Source of the DNA: an uncultured archaeon
GTDB taxonomy: Archaea > Asgardarchaeota > Thorarchaeia > Thorarchaeales > Thorarchaeaceae
Length of the DNA: 64,000 nucleotides
Reading direction: 5' to 3'
Assembly: GCA_964610875.1 (NCBI GenBank)
Contig: CAZSWP010000010.1
Location: 1 to 64,000, forward strand
The notes below the pieces were generated by a model. The model searched no databases and was not told the DNA's origin. It saw only the letters and a list, made by a program, of their open reading frames with translations. This document shows positions 9,612 through 20,191 of the stretch, piece after piece; the first letter of the stretch is position 1, and every line of letters starts with the position of its first letter. A program made the position numbers and the translations under genes.

Positions 9612-10424
9612 ATGAAAATGGTATTCAACCCGTTAGGGCCAGATCTTCAACTGATCTGGGATATAATCGCGTTCTTCATCTCATTCTTTCTTGTTCTATT
9701 AGTCGTGATGATCAACGGAGCAATTGAGAAGAGTGGAAAAGTATCAGCTGATGTGACACGCAAAATAGTGCATATCTTTGCAGCTCCAGTCTTTCTGGTA
9801 TCCTGGTTATTATACTCGGGTGGTCTGTTCAGTAGGTATTTTGCAATGATTGCACCATTGATGTTCGTGATACTCTTTGTCGCAATTGGCACAGGAAAGA
9901 TGGTAAATGAGGCATTCGTAGGCTCCATGTCAAGGTCTGGAGACCCTCGAGAGCTTCTTGGTGGTACACTCTACTACGCACTGATGCTTGTTATAATTAC
10001 AATATTATGGTTCTATGTACCAGTCACTGGACCAGCTGGAGCTACTCCTATGGCATTTCTCATCTTTGGGTGTGTTGCTGGCGGAGATGGTCTCGCTGAT
10101 GTCATTGGGAGGAAATACGGTGGGGACCGAAAGTTTGGAATTGCGGGATCTGAGAGAACAGTAGTTGGGTCTATTGCAATGTTTGTGGGCTCATTTCTGT
10201 TTAGCTATGTACTCTTCCTCATTTTCTCACTAGAGGTTTCAAGTTTTGATGCCGTAGCGATGCTTATACCAATTCTTGTGATTAGCTTGATTGCTACTAT
10301 TGTTGAGGCTCTATCTCCGAAGGGATTGGACAATTGGACCGTGCCTATTGCGGTGATTATTGTAGTGGTAGTACTAACATTTGTGTACCCTGCTTGGTGG
10401 CCATACCCACTATTGACTCTATGA
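9612..10424 (+). CDS. Phytol/dolichol kinase-like CTP-dependent prenol kinase (membrane)
   Basis: TRKIVHI, MSRSGDPRELLGGTLYY, GDGLADVIGRKYG, DNWTVP. Confidence 0.8.
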   Translation: MKMVFNPLGPDLQLIWDIIAFFISFFLVLLVVMINGAIEKSGKVSADVTRKIVHIFAAPVFLVSWLLYSGGLFSRYFAMIAPLMFVILFVAIGTGKMVNEAFVGSMSRSGDPRELLGGTLYYALMLVIITILWFYVPVTGPAGATPMAFLIFGCVAGGDGLADVIGRKYGGDRKFGIAGSERTVVGSIAMFVGSFLFSYVLFLIFSLEVSSFDAVAMLIPILVISLIATIVEALSPKGLDNWTVPIAVIIVVVVLTFVYPAWWPYPLLTL

Positions 10425-10443
10425 GTTATTCGAGGTAATATAT

Positions 10444-11262
10444 ATGGTTCAAGAACTGACGGTGCTCAAACTAGGAGGTTCTCTTCTTACAGACAAGACC
10501 AAACCATATCATACAAGAGATGATGTGATTAAGTCTGTTTGTAAGGAAATCCGCGAATGCATGGACCAAGGCTTAATTCAGTCACTGGTTCTCATTCAAG
10601 GGGTAGGCTCCTATGGACACCCTCCAGTTCTTGAACGCAAACTCTACAAAGGATATACTGGGCCTGAACAGCTTATGCCTCTCTCAAAAACACAATCTGA
10701 GGTAGGTGAGTTCAGGCATAAGCTTGTTCATGAACTTCAGAGTGCTGGAGTTCCTGTCTGTCTAATGTATCCATCATCCATGATTGTTGCTGAAAAGACA
10801 GAGATGACACGTTATTTCTTCGAACCTCTGGAGGGATTTCTCTCCTTGGGAATGCCAACGCTTCTAGGTGGAGATATTCTAATTGACCCAAAGATGGGAT
10901 TCTGTGTAGGGAGCGGTGACCAAATGGCAGTCCTTGTGGCAAAGGAATTGAATGCGAAAAGGGTGATTTTTGCTTCTGACGTTGCAGGCATTTACTCTTC
11001 TGATCCAAAAGTTGACTCTTCAGCTTTATTTTTCCCAGAAGTCAATCTTAACGAGATTGACAACGCCTTAGAACAAATGGGTAAAAGCGAAATTGTCGAT
11101 GCCAGTGGTGCAATGAAGGGAAAACTGAATTCTATTCTTCCAGCAAAAGACCAAATTACTTCAGGTATGGATGTTGTAATACTATCGATGATGGAATATG
11201 GAAGCTTGAAATCATACCTCGAGGGAAAAAATGATAAAGTAACGCGGATTGTAGTGAAATAA
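10444..11262 (+). CDS. Isopentenyl phosphate kinase family
   Basis: LKLGGSLLTDK, GVGSYGHP, GSGD, SDVAGIY, DASGAMKGK. Confidence 0.85.
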   Translation: MVQELTVLKLGGSLLTDKTKPYHTRDDVIKSVCKEIRECMDQGLIQSLVLIQGVGSYGHPPVLERKLYKGYTGPEQLMPLSKTQSEVGEFRHKLVHELQSAGVPVCLMYPSSMIVAEKTEMTRYFFEPLEGFLSLGMPTLLGGDILIDPKMGFCVGSGDQMAVLVAKELNAKRVIFASDVAGIYSSDPKVDSSALFFPEVNLNEIDNALEQMGKSEIVDASGAMKGKLNSILPAKDQITSGMDVVILSMMEYGSLKSYLEGKNDKVTRIVVK

Positions 11263-11275
11263 AGACCAGGAAATA

Positions 11276-12469
11276 TCAATTCCCGTATATTTTCATAAGG
11301 GCATCAGCATGCTTTCTCATTTCATATCGTTTCTTGACTGTGTTCAGTCCATTATGTGACAAAGAATCTCTCAAGTTACTATTATCTAAAATACTTTTGA
11401 TGGCATCTGATATTTGAATAGGGTCCTCGGGATTAACTGACATACCATTGTATGAATGAGCCACAATCTCCCTTGGACCATACAAATTTGATGTAACCAC
11501 TGGCACAGAACATGCCATCGCTTCAATTATTGACAATCCAAAGGGCTCTCTTCGAGAAGGATAAAGGAATACCCTACTGGCATTCAATAACTCTGGAACT
11601 CGCTCATATGGCACAACACCAAGGTATTCTACCATCTCTCGCAGCTCATTTTTTTCAAGGTCATGAAACAGTTTTTCTCTTAGAGACCCTTCTCCAGTTA
11701 TCATCATTTTCAGATTAGGATGGGTAGACCTAAGTATCTTCAAGACGCTGGGGAAGAGATCTACAGATTTCATGTGCTCCAGACGACCCATGAAAGCCAC
11801 ATCCCATCTTTTCTCAACATTTTCTATTGGTCTAAATACATCCGTATCTATGCCCAAGTATAATGTTCGAATCTCTCCTCTGAAGATAGGATATAACTCA
11901 CTTCTGAGTGCATTTGTGACGGTGTCACTCACACCAAGTACGATGTCAACTATGCAATGGGCATTCAGTTCTCTATAATCTGTCGTATAGATAGACCCTG
12001 GAAGAATCAGTGGTTTTGGCAGACCATGAATAGTGAGTATCAAAGGTTGTGAAATTGACTTTGATTCTCTGAGTCGCTTGAGGACCTTGTTGAAAATGAC
12101 ATAGGTACTGTGAGCGTGGATGATTGTAGGGCTATAGTTTTCAATCGCAGTAAGAAGCTGCTCGCACAGAATATTCACACACCTTTCAATATCATCCTCA
12201 GTAAACATCTCTCCAGCAGCTTCTTCTCTCTCATCTTCTGGCAAAGACAAGAACTCCCATTTCCTAGCTTCAAGGAAATTACCTGGAAGATAATGGACAT
12301 CATAATGCTCCTGAACTTCAATGCCAACCCTATCAGTTGATGGCGATTGTGTGACAATTTTTGAAATATGTCCTCTCTTGGTCATTTCTTTCGATAGATA
12401 ATGAAGGTATGATTCATAGCCCCCTATCCCAGCAGGATTAAGGCTGTCACATATATGTAGGATTCTCAT
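11276..12469 (-). CDS. GT4 family glycosyltransferase
   Basis: FMGRLEHMK, EPFGLSIIEAMAC. Confidence 0.88.
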   Translation of the reverse strand: MRILHICDSLNPAGIGGYESYLHYLSKEMTKRGHISKIVTQSPSTDRVGIEVQEHYDVHYLPGNFLEARKWEFLSLPEDEREEAAGEMFTEDDIERCVNILCEQLLTAIENYSPTIIHAHSTYVIFNKVLKRLRESKSISQPLILTIHGLPKPLILPGSIYTTDYRELNAHCIVDIVLGVSDTVTNALRSELYPIFRGEIRTLYLGIDTDVFRPIENVEKRWDVAFMGRLEHMKSVDLFPSVLKILRSTHPNLKMMITGEGSLREKLFHDLEKNELREMVEYLGVVPYERVPELLNASRVFLYPSRREPFGLSIIEAMACSVPVVTSNLYGPREIVAHSYNGMSVNPEDPIQISDAIKSILDNSNLRDSLSHNGLNTVKKRYEMRKHADALMKIYGN

Positions 12470-12548
12470 TCCTAAAGCTCCTGGATTGTAAAACTTCAAA
12501 TTTAGTTACTTCAAAGTTATCTCAACTTGTTAAGAGAGTGCTGGCTTC

Positions 12549-13607
12549 TTGAATCGTCCGCTACGGAAAAATAAATTGGATGCTCGTGATAGAGACATCA
12601 TTGTGGACTCTGATGGACGAATTTTTATTGTCTTGGGTTATATTCAACCAGAAAACCGGATTCTTTCGTTTTTGAAATACATACCAAGTCAGAACGGTGA
12701 CTGGAAGACTGAGAGCACATCATACAAGCGTTACTTTTGGGGTAGTGTGGAATCCGTAGTAGATGGAATGCAATTAGTTCCAACTGAGTATATCACATTC
12801 GATGAGCATTTTGGTACAGAACTCATCGAAGTCCCTCATGATGCAGTCTTTCAACATCTATTACCTGAAGAACGCTTGTCTGAGATCTGCAGATCTGGAC
12901 CAAGAGATAGATTGGAAGAAGTCGTGGTAAAGGCTGTTCAAGAGATACAAGATGCGCTAGACATCCACTTAGATGATATTGGTGTAGCAGGAAGTATACT
13001 ATGGAAAGGTCATAATCCCAAATTTTCTGATGTCAACATGAATGTCTACGGGCTTGAGAATGCTCAACGATTATGGACTGACTTTACCTCTCTGGATAGT
13101 GGTTCTCCTGTGATTAGAGTTAGAGCAGCACATGAATGGAAACGAGCTGCTCAGAGAATACACAAACGAATTCCTATTCTTCCAATGAGAGATATCATGA
13201 CCATGCTTTCAAAACGAAAAGCTGTCTATATAGAGAATCAATGTGTGGGAATCACACCTGTTCTCCATCCTGATGAAGCACCAGTTTCTTATGGGTCGGA
13301 AACCTACCAACAGGTATCTGAAGTCCCTACTCGACTGAGATTCAAAATTACCAACGCCAAATATGGTATTTTTTATCCTGCTATATACAAAGGAACATCC
13401 CCGTCTCTGAATGAGTTAGGTGGATTAGGTATTGACAGAGTCATGGTCTATGATGGTGCATTTAGCGGAATTTTTTCTGAAGGAGATGAGGTTGAGCTCT
13501 GTGGCACTATTCAACAGGTCACTCCGAATGACTCGCGAGACCTCTTCTTTCAGGTGATGATTGGCACAAAACTCGGTGCCGGTCAGGAATACATGCGTTT
13601 CTTGTAA
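12549..13607 (+). CDS. Archaeal predicted nucleotidyltransferase-like protein
   Basis: RDRDII, FLKYIP, IGVAGSILW...SDVNMNVYG. Confidence 0.6.
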   Translation: MNRPLRKNKLDARDRDIIVDSDGRIFIVLGYIQPENRILSFLKYIPSQNGDWKTESTSYKRYFWGSVESVVDGMQLVPTEYITFDEHFGTELIEVPHDAVFQHLLPEERLSEICRSGPRDRLEEVVVKAVQEIQDALDIHLDDIGVAGSILWKGHNPKFSDVNMNVYGLENAQRLWTDFTSLDSGSPVIRVRAAHEWKRAAQRIHKRIPILPMRDIMTMLSKRKAVYIENQCVGITPVLHPDEAPVSYGSETYQQVSEVPTRLRFKITNAKYGIFYPAIYKGTSPSLNELGGLGIDRVMVYDGAFSGIFSEGDEVELCGTIQQVTPNDSRDLFFQVMIGTKLGAGQEYMRFL

Positions 13608-13631
13608 AAAGTGAAAGCATAACTATCATAG

Positions 13632-14717
13632 GTGACATATGCTAGAAAGAAACCGATGCAAAATCGAAGATCCTACATCAGAGTAAAGACAATCGATGGA
13701 GAGAGAACTAGGCAAGTTCTTCTTGAAAGTAGGTTACTTGATACAGAACATAAGATTCTACAAGAAGACGGATTTCTCTATTTTCCTCTTACCAAAAGGA
13801 CATCAGAGAAGAATATCCCCTCAGACTTTACTGAGATTGAATATGGGCTTGGGGAACGAAAGTTCTTCGTAGTAAAGGATGGTCCGGGTACACTTGCAGA
13901 AGCACTTGATGATACTCTCACTGAGAAAGAGCTTGAATTGTTACCAAGAGCGTACGACCTGATCGGTGATATTGCTGTAATAGAGATACCTGAGGAATTA
14001 CAGGCGTACCGCATCGAAATAGGCAAAGCATTCCTACAAGTTCATTCCAATTTTGAAACCGTGCTAGCAAAGAAAAGTGCAATTGGTGGTCTCACTAGAG
14101 TGCGAGAGTATGAATACCTCTCTGGTGTTCAGAAGACTGATACGATTCACATAGAATATGGCTGTCGCATTGCTGTTGACCTAGCAAAAGCATACTTCAG
14201 TCCTCGTCTCTTAGAGGAACATAACAGGGTGGCATCACAAGTAGCAGAAACGGAATTAGTTGTTGATTTGTTCACAGGTGTAGGACCGTTTCCATTACAT
14301 ATTGCTAGACAAGTGAATGCGAAAATTGTTGCCATTGATATCAATCCAGCTGCAATAGATCTGCTCAAACAGAGTATGAAAATGAATCGTCTTCTAGGAA
14401 CAATTGAACCCCTGGTTCTTGATGCTTATGAGTTTACCAATAATCACTCTGAAAATGATGTTGACCGTGTGATAATGAATCATCCCTCATGTGCAGCCGA
14501 ATTTGTAAAGGATGCTTGTAGCATTTTGAAACCAGGTGGTATTTTACACTATTATGATTTCATGGGTGGAGAAAATCCAGAAGATAGACTAATGAATAGA
14601 GTCAAGCAATTTGTCCAGACTACTGGGAGGACAATAAAGACGATAGGAAGAGTAAGACGAGTACGTGATAGCGCTCCGTATGAATACCAAATGGTTGCTG
14701 ATGTCATCCTCCACTGA
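13632..14717 (+). CDS. trm5: tRNA (guanine37-N1)-methyltransferase, Trm5 family
   Basis: YDLIGDIAV, YFSPRL, DLFTGVGPF, DINP, RVIMNHP. Confidence 0.85.
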   Translation: MTYARKKPMQNRRSYIRVKTIDGERTRQVLLESRLLDTEHKILQEDGFLYFPLTKRTSEKNIPSDFTEIEYGLGERKFFVVKDGPGTLAEALDDTLTEKELELLPRAYDLIGDIAVIEIPEELQAYRIEIGKAFLQVHSNFETVLAKKSAIGGLTRVREYEYLSGVQKTDTIHIEYGCRIAVDLAKAYFSPRLLEEHNRVASQVAETELVVDLFTGVGPFPLHIARQVNAKIVAIDINPAAIDLLKQSMKMNRLLGTIEPLVLDAYEFTNNHSENDVDRVIMNHPSCAAEFVKDACSILKPGGILHYYDFMGGENPEDRLMNRVKQFVQTTGRTIKTIGRVRRVRDSAPYEYQMVADVILH

Positions 14718-15132
14718 TGAATTGCAATTCACAGTGTATTTCTGTATCTGGTATCACAAGCTTCCTTACAAAATCACGACTTAGGTCTGAAGCGGCTTTA
14801 TCTGCATTCACCATTAAGGTCCTGCCGCATTCGAAAACACTCGTTCTTGCGACCATACTGATAGGATTATTGTATGTCAATCTGGAGGAACCTCTGCCTG
14901 TGATAATCTCTGTAAGATTATCAACAGTCATTCTAAGAACAATTCGTGTTTGATTATCCTTCGCTAAGTTTCTAATCTCATTGTCCAAATCATCCAGTGT
15001 CATGTCCATTCTCACTCCAACTATACAAGTTCCAGTTATTGTCAGATCTCTGTCTGAAGTGAGTTCTAGTGTGGACTTGTGCAACCCAATTATGTTCTTA
15101 TGACCATACGCGGTGAATGATATTTTTCGCAT
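14704..15132 (-). CDS. DUF371 family protein
   Basis: GHKNI..H.STLELT, GTCIVGV, ADKAASDL. Confidence 0.8.
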   Translation of the reverse strand: MRKISFTAYGHKNIIGLHKSTLELTSDRDLTITGTCIVGVRMDMTLDDLDNEIRNLAKDNQTRIVLRMTVDNLTEIITGRGSSRLTYNNPISMVARTSVFECGRTLMVNADKAASDLSRDFVRKLVIPDTEIHCELQFISGG

Positions 15133-15190
15133 ACTTCCTTCTATTTCTTAACGCTTTTATCAATGCATGTAGAGTATTACATTGATTGAC

Positions 15191-15868
15191 ATGCCTGATG
15201 AAAAACTACAAGCACGGAAAGAGCGATTGATCGCAAGTTTAAAAGCAAGAGGTTACCTGAAAACAGAAGCTGTTGAGAATGCGGTAAGAAAAGTACCCCG
15301 TGAAGATTTCATTCCTGAAAGTGCGAGAAATCAGGCATATAATGATCATCCATTGTCAATAAATCATGGTCAGACAATCTCGGCACCTCATATGTGTGTT
15401 ATAATGTGTGAGGCTCTTGATTTAAAAGAAGGGATGAAGATTCTTGAAATAGGTGCTGGGTCTGGTTATCATGCTGCGTTATGTGCTGAAATTGTTGCTC
15501 CAAAGGGGTTTCAAAATCCCGGTCATATATACACAATTGAAATCGTTGACCATCTGATCGACTTTGCGAAATTCAATCTGCGCCAAGCTGGATACGAAGA
15601 CCGTGTTACACTCATCCATGGAGATGGTGGTAAAGGCCTTCCTGAACACGCACCATATGATAGAATACTTGTCACAGCAGCAGCACCATCTGTTCCTCAA
15701 CCTTTGATTGATCAGTTGGCAGAGGGCGGTACAATGTTGATACCTGTGGGAGGAAGAGGTTTTTATCAAGAACTAATGATGATACAAAAATCAGAAGATG
15801 GGAAAATCTCTCAGAGACGATGGGGTGGTGTAGCATTTGTTCCGCTTACTGGTGATTATGGTCACTAG
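15191..15868 (+). CDS. pcm: Protein-L-isoaspartate O-methyltransferase
   Basis: GQTISAPHM, LEIGAGSGY, APYDRILVTAA, FVPL. Confidence 0.93.
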   Translation: MPDEKLQARKERLIASLKARGYLKTEAVENAVRKVPREDFIPESARNQAYNDHPLSINHGQTISAPHMCVIMCEALDLKEGMKILEIGAGSGYHAALCAEIVAPKGFQNPGHIYTIEIVDHLIDFAKFNLRQAGYEDRVTLIHGDGGKGLPEHAPYDRILVTAAAPSVPQPLIDQLAEGGTMLIPVGGRGFYQELMMIQKSEDGKISQRRWGGVAFVPLTGDYGH

Positions 15869-15870
15869 AA

Positions 15871-16560
15871 TCAGATAGCAAGATGTAGTGGGACGACCCT
15901 CAATTTTACAGTATCATCGTCTTTGAGCTTCAGTTTCTTTCTGATATTGACAGGCGCGATGACCTCTAAGGTTTCAGGACTGTGATGTGTTCTTTGAGCT
16001 ATTACGATTGCACCCTCCAATTTTTCATTGATTCTAACTCGATAACAAATCACATCACCAAAGGTTCGCCCCTCATGACTAAATCCTCCGACAATAATAG
16101 GTGCTGTGTGTTTCATTCTATTAATTGCCACAATCGATTGTTCATTAGTCACTTTAACATTGAGTGTTCCTGGGTACGGCTTAAATCCAAGATTTTCTTC
16201 AAATCTATCCGAATAGACATCCACATAGTATGCCCCCTCACCTATGCCTCCTACAACCGCACCTTCTATTACAATCTCCTCTTTTGGTGGTGCAAAAGCT
16301 ATCTCCAGACTGCTGAATGTCTTCCTGAGCTCGTTTCTTCCTTTCTCTGTGATTTTCAATCGCATACCATCGACTGCATGAGCTCGAGCCAGATACCCTT
16401 CTTCGACACACTTGGTCACTCTCCGTGATGCTGTCTGCTGACTGATTCCCAAATTCGTACCTATCTCAGTTGTCGTCATGATGATACGGTTATGGATGGC
16501 TCCTCGTTTTGCAAGCGCATAGAGAGTGAACCAGATATCAGGTTGAATCATTTCAGTCAT
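15871..16560 (-). CDS. ribK: CTP-dependent riboflavin kinase with N-terminal wHTH
   Basis: SQQTASR HTH; GIGEGAYY, PYPGTLN, LEVIAP. Confidence 0.9.
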   Translation of the reverse strand: MTEMIQPDIWFTLYALAKRGAIHNRIIMTTTEIGTNLGISQQTASRRVTKCVEEGYLARAHAVDGMRLKITEKGRNELRKTFSSLEIAFAPPKEEIVIEGAVVGGIGEGAYYVDVYSDRFEENLGFKPYPGTLNVKVTNEQSIVAINRMKHTAPIIVGGFSHEGRTFGDVICYRVRINEKLEGAIVIAQRTHHSPETLEVIAPVNIRKKLKLKDDDTVKLRVVPLHLAI

Positions 16561-17189
16561 TTTCCTCCAATCTTGTCCTCAAAATCCCTTAGTTCACGAA
16601 TTAATCTGTTCTGTCGTACTGCAGTGGTGAGATCCCCTCTTGTCCGCTCGATAATGCCTCTTCCTACATCACATTTCCGTCTGAGGTCAGGCACTAGGGC
16701 ATTGGGGAAATCGAAAGTATGAAGTTCTTCAAGGATGTCTTCCATCATATGTAAGAGTATCTCGCCACTCTCTGTGTCGTCTTGTCTTAGCAGGTTTAGA
16801 ATAGCTCTACGCAGCTCTCCGATGGTGTCTGCTAGCCCTGTCAGATAGGCACGTGAGGGAATCTCATGTTTTTCTGGTGGTGTAAACACACCCTTGCTAA
16901 GAATAGAATGGACATTAACAGCTTCAGCAAGTTCTTGATATGCAGTGTCGAGAATTCGAGATTTTGATAAAAAGTCACTCTTCTCCATGGCATCACTTGC
17001 CTTCTCAATCATCATTTTCCCCTCTTCGATATGCTTTCTTGCCAAATCATACTCGCTTCTGTGTGATGCTTTGATTGATTGGCTGAATTCACGGACTGCA
17101 CTTCTGGCAAGAGGTAAGATGGTTTCTCTCACTGCATCATCTGCTTCCACTTCTTTACGCACATCCTGAAGAATATCATCTATTTCCAT
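16557..17189 (-). CDS. Translin family protein
   Basis: QELAEA, YLTGLADTIGELRR, LRRKCD. Confidence 0.85.
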   Translation of the reverse strand: MEIDDILQDVRKEVEADDAVRETILPLARSAVREFSQSIKASHRSEYDLARKHIEEGKMMIEKASDAMEKSDFLSKSRILDTAYQELAEAVNVHSILSKGVFTPPEKHEIPSRAYLTGLADTIGELRRAILNLLRQDDTESGEILLHMMEDILEELHTFDFPNALVPDLRRKCDVGRGIIERTRGDLTTAVRQNRLIRELRDFEDKIGGK

Positions 17190-17208
17190 ATTGTTCTCTC
17201 CCTTTTGG

Positions 17209-18177
17209 TTAGTTAATTCTCCTTATCTTTTTCTTCTGTGACAATAAGACCACTCTACTCTCAATCTGTTCATCCGTGATATAATATCCTGTGAGGGCGG
17301 CAAGTTTCTCTGAGAATGCTTGGATATCTCTATGCGTTGGTGAATTATTCCTTTTCAGTCGACCTCGGGATGCCCCAATATACATGTATCCCTTTACTTC
17401 AACAAAATCTGGTTCGCCCAATAAGATTAAGTCAGCATAAGATCGTGGGTCATGCATGTTCTTCTTTGCAACCATGGTCAACCTGTTTGTGCGTCGGCAA
17501 GTGAAAGAGTGCAATAGCTCTTGCGTCTGAAGTAAGCGTTGCCAAGCATGTTTAATCATCGGATGCAGTAGATGTCCATGAACCCTCTCATCAGGAGCAG
17601 CTAGAGTGACGTAGAGCTGTGTCGGTTTCGTTATTCTTTCTATGACTTCTGGCATTGTGCCATTTGTCACCAAGAAGGAAGTCATACCTCTACTATGTAT
17701 CTCTTCAATAAATTCACTCAAGTATGGATACAATGTTGGTTCTCCTGCGAGAGAGATTGCAATGTGTTTTGGTTCTCTGGCTTCAAGATAACGTTCCTGT
17801 TTCACTTTTGCTCCTGCTTCTGGGTTGTATCCTCCCAGTGACCGGATGTTTGCCATCAGTGTTTCGTCAAGTAGTGTTCTTGGATTTAATACATCCTCAT
17901 TGCTTACTGTAGTCTGATTCCAACTAATTCCTAGGTCTGCGGGGACAACCCGCCAACAGAATTCACAGTTCTGAGTGCATTTGTCGACAACTGGTGTCAT
18001 TTGCAGGCATCTGTGGGACTCTATTCCGTAGAACTTCTGTTTGTAGCAAATGTCTTGTTCATTAACGAGACTCTTCTGTTGCCATTGACATGCCTTAAAT
18101 GCCCCTCTCTCTCCTAACAGATGATACCCTTGTTTCTGAAGCTTCTTCCTGAGCTTGCTAGGCATCTTAGTTGTCAT
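17209..18177 (-). CDS. taw1: 4-demethylwyosine synthase TYW1/Taw1 (radical SAM)
   Basis: CYKQKFYGIESHRCLQMTP, CTQNCEFCWR, SLAGEPTLYP, VEVKGYM. Confidence 0.92.
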   Translation of the reverse strand: MTTKMPSKLRKKLQKQGYHLLGERGAFKACQWQQKSLVNEQDICYKQKFYGIESHRCLQMTPVVDKCTQNCEFCWRVVPADLGISWNQTTVSNEDVLNPRTLLDETLMANIRSLGGYNPEAGAKVKQERYLEAREPKHIAISLAGEPTLYPYLSEFIEEIHSRGMTSFLVTNGTMPEVIERITKPTQLYVTLAAPDERVHGHLLHPMIKHAWQRLLQTQELLHSFTCRRTNRLTMVAKKNMHDPRSYADLILLGEPDFVEVKGYMYIGASRGRLKRNNSPTHRDIQAFSEKLAALTGYYITDEQIESRVVLLSQKKKIRRIN

Positions 18178-18218
18178 GGTGAGCCATTTTGTGTTTCAAA
18201 AGTAATGTAGAAAAGGCT

Positions 18219-19484
18219 TTAGCAATGTCCGGACTCAAGTTCTTTTGCAAGTTTTTCTTGGTGACTCCACGAACCAGTCATGAATCCTTTTCTTGACAAT
18301 TCACCTAGAATACTACGTGTTCTGTCATTGAGTCTTCCAGCAGACATGTCCTCAAATGCACTTCCTGGAAGTGGCATGAATACATGCCCATGCAATTTGG
18401 CTCCCATTGAAAGTAGTTCCTCGCATAAAACAAGACTTGCTTCTATATCCTCTTCTTGTTCTGATGGAAGACCGAAAATCATGTCAACATGAGGGACGAA
18501 ATCATGTTCAAGAGTAATTCTCACAGCTCGCATCCCCTCCGCAACTGAGTGGTGTCTATTTGCTACTTCTAACACGCGATCACTACCAGATTGGATTCCA
18601 ATCTGCAGTGTTTCATTTGCAACATATTGGCGAAACATCTTTAGTAAACTCTTTGTCACGAACTCCGGTCTCACTTCTGATGGAAATGAGCCGAAGAAAA
18701 CTTCATCAAGTCCATCTATTGCGGTCACAGTCTTTAGAAGAGTTTCTAGTTTCTCTGGCACTGTCTTTCGTCCTCTTCCACCATAACAGAATGCATTGGG
18801 CGATAGAAGCCAAGTACGATTGAAACCATGCTCTTCAACTGCTCTTCTCAGCCAGTATTCCACAGACTTCACAGACCTATGTCTGACAACACCCCCAGTG
18901 AGATATGGTGTTGCACAGAATTTACAGTTGAATGGACACCCGCGTGTCACCTCGATAGGTCCAACAACATTCATCTCTAGCGCAAAAGGCGGCACAGCAT
19001 CAAGACTCACCCTTGGGAGGTCTCTTGGGATGGGATATTCCATGCTGTCTATGGATACTACTCCTGGTATAGCAACCATATCGATATCATTCATCCAATT
19101 ATGGAGCATATCTGGGAGGGTTCGTTCTCCTTCTCCAATAACTACGTAATCAAAGCCTAATTCAATAAGTTCCTTTGGTCTTGCTGATGCATGTGGTCCT
19201 CCTGTAATCAAAATGACGTTTTTGCCGAATCTCTCTCTGAGGTGGGTCACTTCTCGTCGAACCCGATTCATCTGCGTACTCATAACTGAGTGTGCAACTA
19301 TTGTTGGTCCACGTTCCAGCGCTTGTTCAACAAGTGAATCTGGTACCTTTATAGGGGCTTGGACATCAAGTTCCAAAAGCCTCGTATCAAATTCTATTGC
19401 ACCTAATAATGCCGCTATACTATACCGTGAAGAGTTGTGCGCTCGGAAAATGAGGGAATGTGTAGTCAACGACCACACTCGCAC
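18219..19484 (-). CDS. B12-binding domain radical SAM protein
   Basis: GGPHAS, GEGE, EVTRGCPFNCKFC. Confidence 0.85.
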   Translation of the reverse strand: MRVWSLTTHSLIFRAHNSSRYSIAALLGAIEFDTRLLELDVQAPIKVPDSLVEQALERGPTIVAHSVMSTQMNRVRREVTHLRERFGKNVILITGGPHASARPKELIELGFDYVVIGEGERTLPDMLHNWMNDIDMVAIPGVVSIDSMEYPIPRDLPRVSLDAVPPFALEMNVVGPIEVTRGCPFNCKFCATPYLTGGVVRHRSVKSVEYWLRRAVEEHGFNRTWLLSPNAFCYGGRGRKTVPEKLETLLKTVTAIDGLDEVFFGSFPSEVRPEFVTKSLLKMFRQYVANETLQIGIQSGSDRVLEVANRHHSVAEGMRAVRITLEHDFVPHVDMIFGLPSEQEEDIEASLVLCEELLSMGAKLHGHVFMPLPGSAFEDMSAGRLNDRTRSILGELSRKGFMTGSWSHQEKLAKELESGHC

Positions 19485-20077
19485 TAATTCTCTACAGTCT
19501 TTTCAGTTACACCATCTTCAGTGACTGTCATGATACGGATTGCTCCGCCGGACTGTGCATCTCTACTAATCCCTGCTTTGACAGCTTGAACAGCAACCTC
19601 TTCGGCCTCTTGCACGGTGATGCCCTCTTTGTAGTCTTTCTCAAGCACACCGTATGCGGTACGAGTTCCACTTCCAGTAGCTGTGAACTCATCAGGTATC
19701 AATGATCCGCCCATATCTAATGTATACAATGAGGGTCCATCCCCGTCGTAACCAACTATGACTGTCTGAACAAATAGTGGTGAGAACCTTCGTGAGTAGA
19801 GAGTGTTTGCTACCATTTTAGATAGCGCTTTGACGGATATCTTCTTTTTCTGATTCAACTCGTAGAGCTTGATTTGTGCCTGCAGTCTATTAACAAGCAT
19901 CTGATAGTCTGAGGTCAGCCCTGCAGAGGCAAGTACAATGGTGTCAGTCAATTTGAATGCTTTAACACCCTTATCACTGAGAATCATTGTGCCCCAGCTG
20001 ATCAAAGAATCAGTGGCAACTACAGCTCCATCTGCACATTTTATCCCGACTACTGTTGCACCTGTTGGTAAACTCAT
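19484..20077 (-). CDS. psmB: Proteasome beta subunit (probably non-catalytic)
   Basis: GATVVGIKC.DG, ATGSG, SRDAQSGG; Ala in place of the catalytic Thr1. Confidence 0.9.
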   Translation of the reverse strand: MSLPTGATVVGIKCADGAVVATDSLISWGTMILSDKGVKAFKLTDTIVLASAGLTSDYQMLVNRLQAQIKLYELNQKKKISVKALSKMVANTLYSRRFSPLFVQTVIVGYDGDGPSLYTLDMGGSLIPDEFTATGSGTRTAYGVLEKDYKEGITVQEAEEVAVQAVKAGISRDAQSGGAIRIMTVTEDGVTEKTVEN

Positions 20078-20191
20078 ATTTTCAATGACTCCTATGATTG
20101 TCTTGCCTTCTGATAAACGGCTGTTCCATTCCTTTTAAAAGATGTTCTATAAGCTCTATCTATCTGGACATACAATTAGGTAGTATCATCG

